From NCBI GenBank assembly GCA_964483385.1, contig CAZACJ010000001.1, positions 18,780 to 82,779 on the forward strand: 64,000 nucleotides of DNA, given 5' to 3'. Of this stretch, positions 62,733 through 64,000 are shown in pieces. The notes beneath the pieces are model-generated. The model saw only the letters and a list, made by a program, of their open reading frames with translations, searched no databases and was not told the DNA's origin. Every line of letters starts with the position of its first letter. Position 1 is the first letter of the stretch. The position numbers and the translations under genes were made by a program. The stretch comes from an uncultured Pirellula sp. (GTDB lineage: Bacteria; Planctomycetota; Planctomycetia; Pirellulales; Pirellulaceae).

Positions 62733-64000
62733 CTAGCGTGGTTTTGATTTTTTTGAGTTTGTCGGGAATTGTAGGAATTCCCGGAGAGATTCGCCGGTTG
62801 GAGTTTGGAGTTTTGCGATCTGTTCGGGTGTTCCTTGACCGACGAGTTGGCCGCCTGCGAGTCCGCCTTCGGGTCCGAGGTCGATGATCCAATCGCAGCA
62901 GGATATCAGGTCGAGTTGGTGTTCGACGACGAGGACGGTGTTACCTTTGAGCACGAGTTCTTGGAGGAGTTTGGTAAGCCGTTCGACGTCTGCGAGGTGC
63001 AGACCTGTGGTGGGTTCATCGAGGATGTAGAGGGTTGATCCGGAGGATTTTTTTTGCAGTTCAGAGGCGAGTTTGATGCGTTGAGCTTCTCCGCCGCTGA
63101 GGGTGGTGGAGTGTTGACCGAGGGTCAGGTAGCCGAGCCCGACGGATTGCAGGCATCTCAGTGAGTTTGCGACATCGGAGAAGGAGTCGAAGAATTCGGA
63201 GGCTTCATCGATTGAGAGTTTGAGGATTTCGTGGATGTTTTTGTCTTTGAATTTTACGCTCAGGGTGGTGCGATTGAATCGTTTTCCGTTGCAGTCGGGG
63301 CATGGCACGTCGAGTTGTTCAAGGAAGCTCATTTCGAGTTTAACACGTCCTGCTCCGGAGCAGGTTTCGCAGCGTCCGTTTCCGGCATTGAAGCTGAATC
63401 GCGATGGGGTGAAGCCTCTGGTTTTTGCATCGCGGGTTGCGGCGAATATTTTCCGGATAGAGTCCCAGAAACCGCAGTATGTTGCGGGGGTGGATCTGGG
63501 AGAGCGACCGATGGGGGATTGGTCGATTTCGATGATACGTTCTATGGCTTGAGCCCCTTCGAGGTTGTTCCAATGTTTGGAGGAAGGGGTAGACGAATCG
63601 AGATGTGATTGGATGGCGGGTACGAGGGTATCGTGAATAAGGGTGCTTTTGCCGGACCCGCTTACGCCGGTGATGGCGATGAAGCGGCCGAGTGGAAAAG
63701 AAACGGAGAGGTTTTTGAGGTTGTTTTTGTGGATACCTTCGATGGTGAGTTTGGGATGATTGGGGGTGATCTCTCTTCGGGGTGTTTGGTGCATTCGATA
63801 GGAGGGATCGAGGTATTTTCCGGTGAGTGATGCTGGGATTTTTTTCAGGTCGCTCCATTTGCCTTGGGCGACGATTGCACCACCCTTTGTGCCGGCGGCA
63901 GGTCCTACATCGACGACCCAATCGGCTGCTTGCATGAGGGCCGTATCGTGTTCGACAACGATGATGGTGTTACCTTGTGCGCGTAAGGACTCGAGGATAG
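62733..64000 (-). CDS. uvrA: Excinuclease ABC subunit A family ATPase; 5' part lies outside the window
   Basis: Frame is open to the window edge (ILESLRAQGNTIIVVEHD...AADWVVDVGP). ITGVSGSGKSTL, IDQSPIGRSPRSTPATY, Zn finger CETCSG...CPDCNGKRF, LSGGEAQRIKLA, DEPTTGLH. Confidence 0.93.
   Translation of the reverse strand, partial: ILESLRAQGNTIIVVEHDTALMQAADWVVDVGPAAGTKGGAIVAQGKWSDLKKIPASLTGKYLDPSYRMHQTPRREITPNHPKLTIEGIHKNNLKNLSVSFPLGRFIAITGVSGSGKSTLIHDTLVPAIQSHLDSSTPSSKHWNNLEGAQAIERIIEIDQSPIGRSPRSTPATYCGFWDSIRKIFAATRDAKTRGFTPSRFSFNAGNGRCETCSGAGRVKLEMSFLEQLDVPCPDCNGKRFNRTTLSVKFKDKNIHEILKLSIDEASEFFDSFSDVANSLRCLQSVGLGYLTLGQHSTTLSGGEAQRIKLASELQKKSSGSTLYILDEPTTGLHLADVERLTKLLQELVLKGNTVLVVEHQLDLISCCDWIIDLGPEGGLAGGQLVGQGTPEQIAKLQTPTGESLREFLQFPTNSKKSKPR

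Noticed and set aside
1-64000. tRNA, rRNA, tmRNA, SRP RNA, CRISPR arrays, transposases, integrases, prophage
   Set aside because: No T-loop/CCA cloverleaf, regularly spaced repeats, terminal inverted repeats or mobile-element ORFs were seen by inspection.

Overview
Chromosomal window from a planctomycete, most likely Pirellulales. The assignment rests on three DUF1549/DUF1553 planctomycete cytochrome c proteins, two DUF1501 proteins, a DUF1559 prepilin-like protein and a PEP-CTERM/exosortase system. All product calls come from recognising motifs by eye; no database search was run. (1) 1-20342, minus strand: a surface-glycan locus with a PEP-CTERM substrate, nucleotide-sugar dehydrogenase, Wzx flippase, O-antigen ligase/Wzy-like protein, sulfotransferase, GT4, AsnB amidotransferase, FemAB-like protein, exosortase, Wzc kinase and a >1300-aa TPR protein that runs off the left edge. 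Embedded in it is an unusual pair: a membrane-anchored sorbosone/PQQ-type beta-propeller dehydrogenase and a di-heme cytochrome c. (2) 20736-64000: mostly housekeeping genes (hisS, queD, rnpB, dnaE2, cysH, cyclophilin, pyrG, uup, metK, lspA, lptE, bamD-like, recO, partial uvrA) mixed with planctomycete-specific DUF cassettes. This part also holds a disulfide-less ecotin with Arg at P1 and an unannotated, 6S-like long-hairpin RNA candidate at about 40240-40450 that contains a perfect Shine-Dalgarno and a 13-codon sORF. I saw no tRNA, rRNA, CRISPR array, transposase or integrase. The + strand is G/T-rich over most of the window, consistent with a leading strand.
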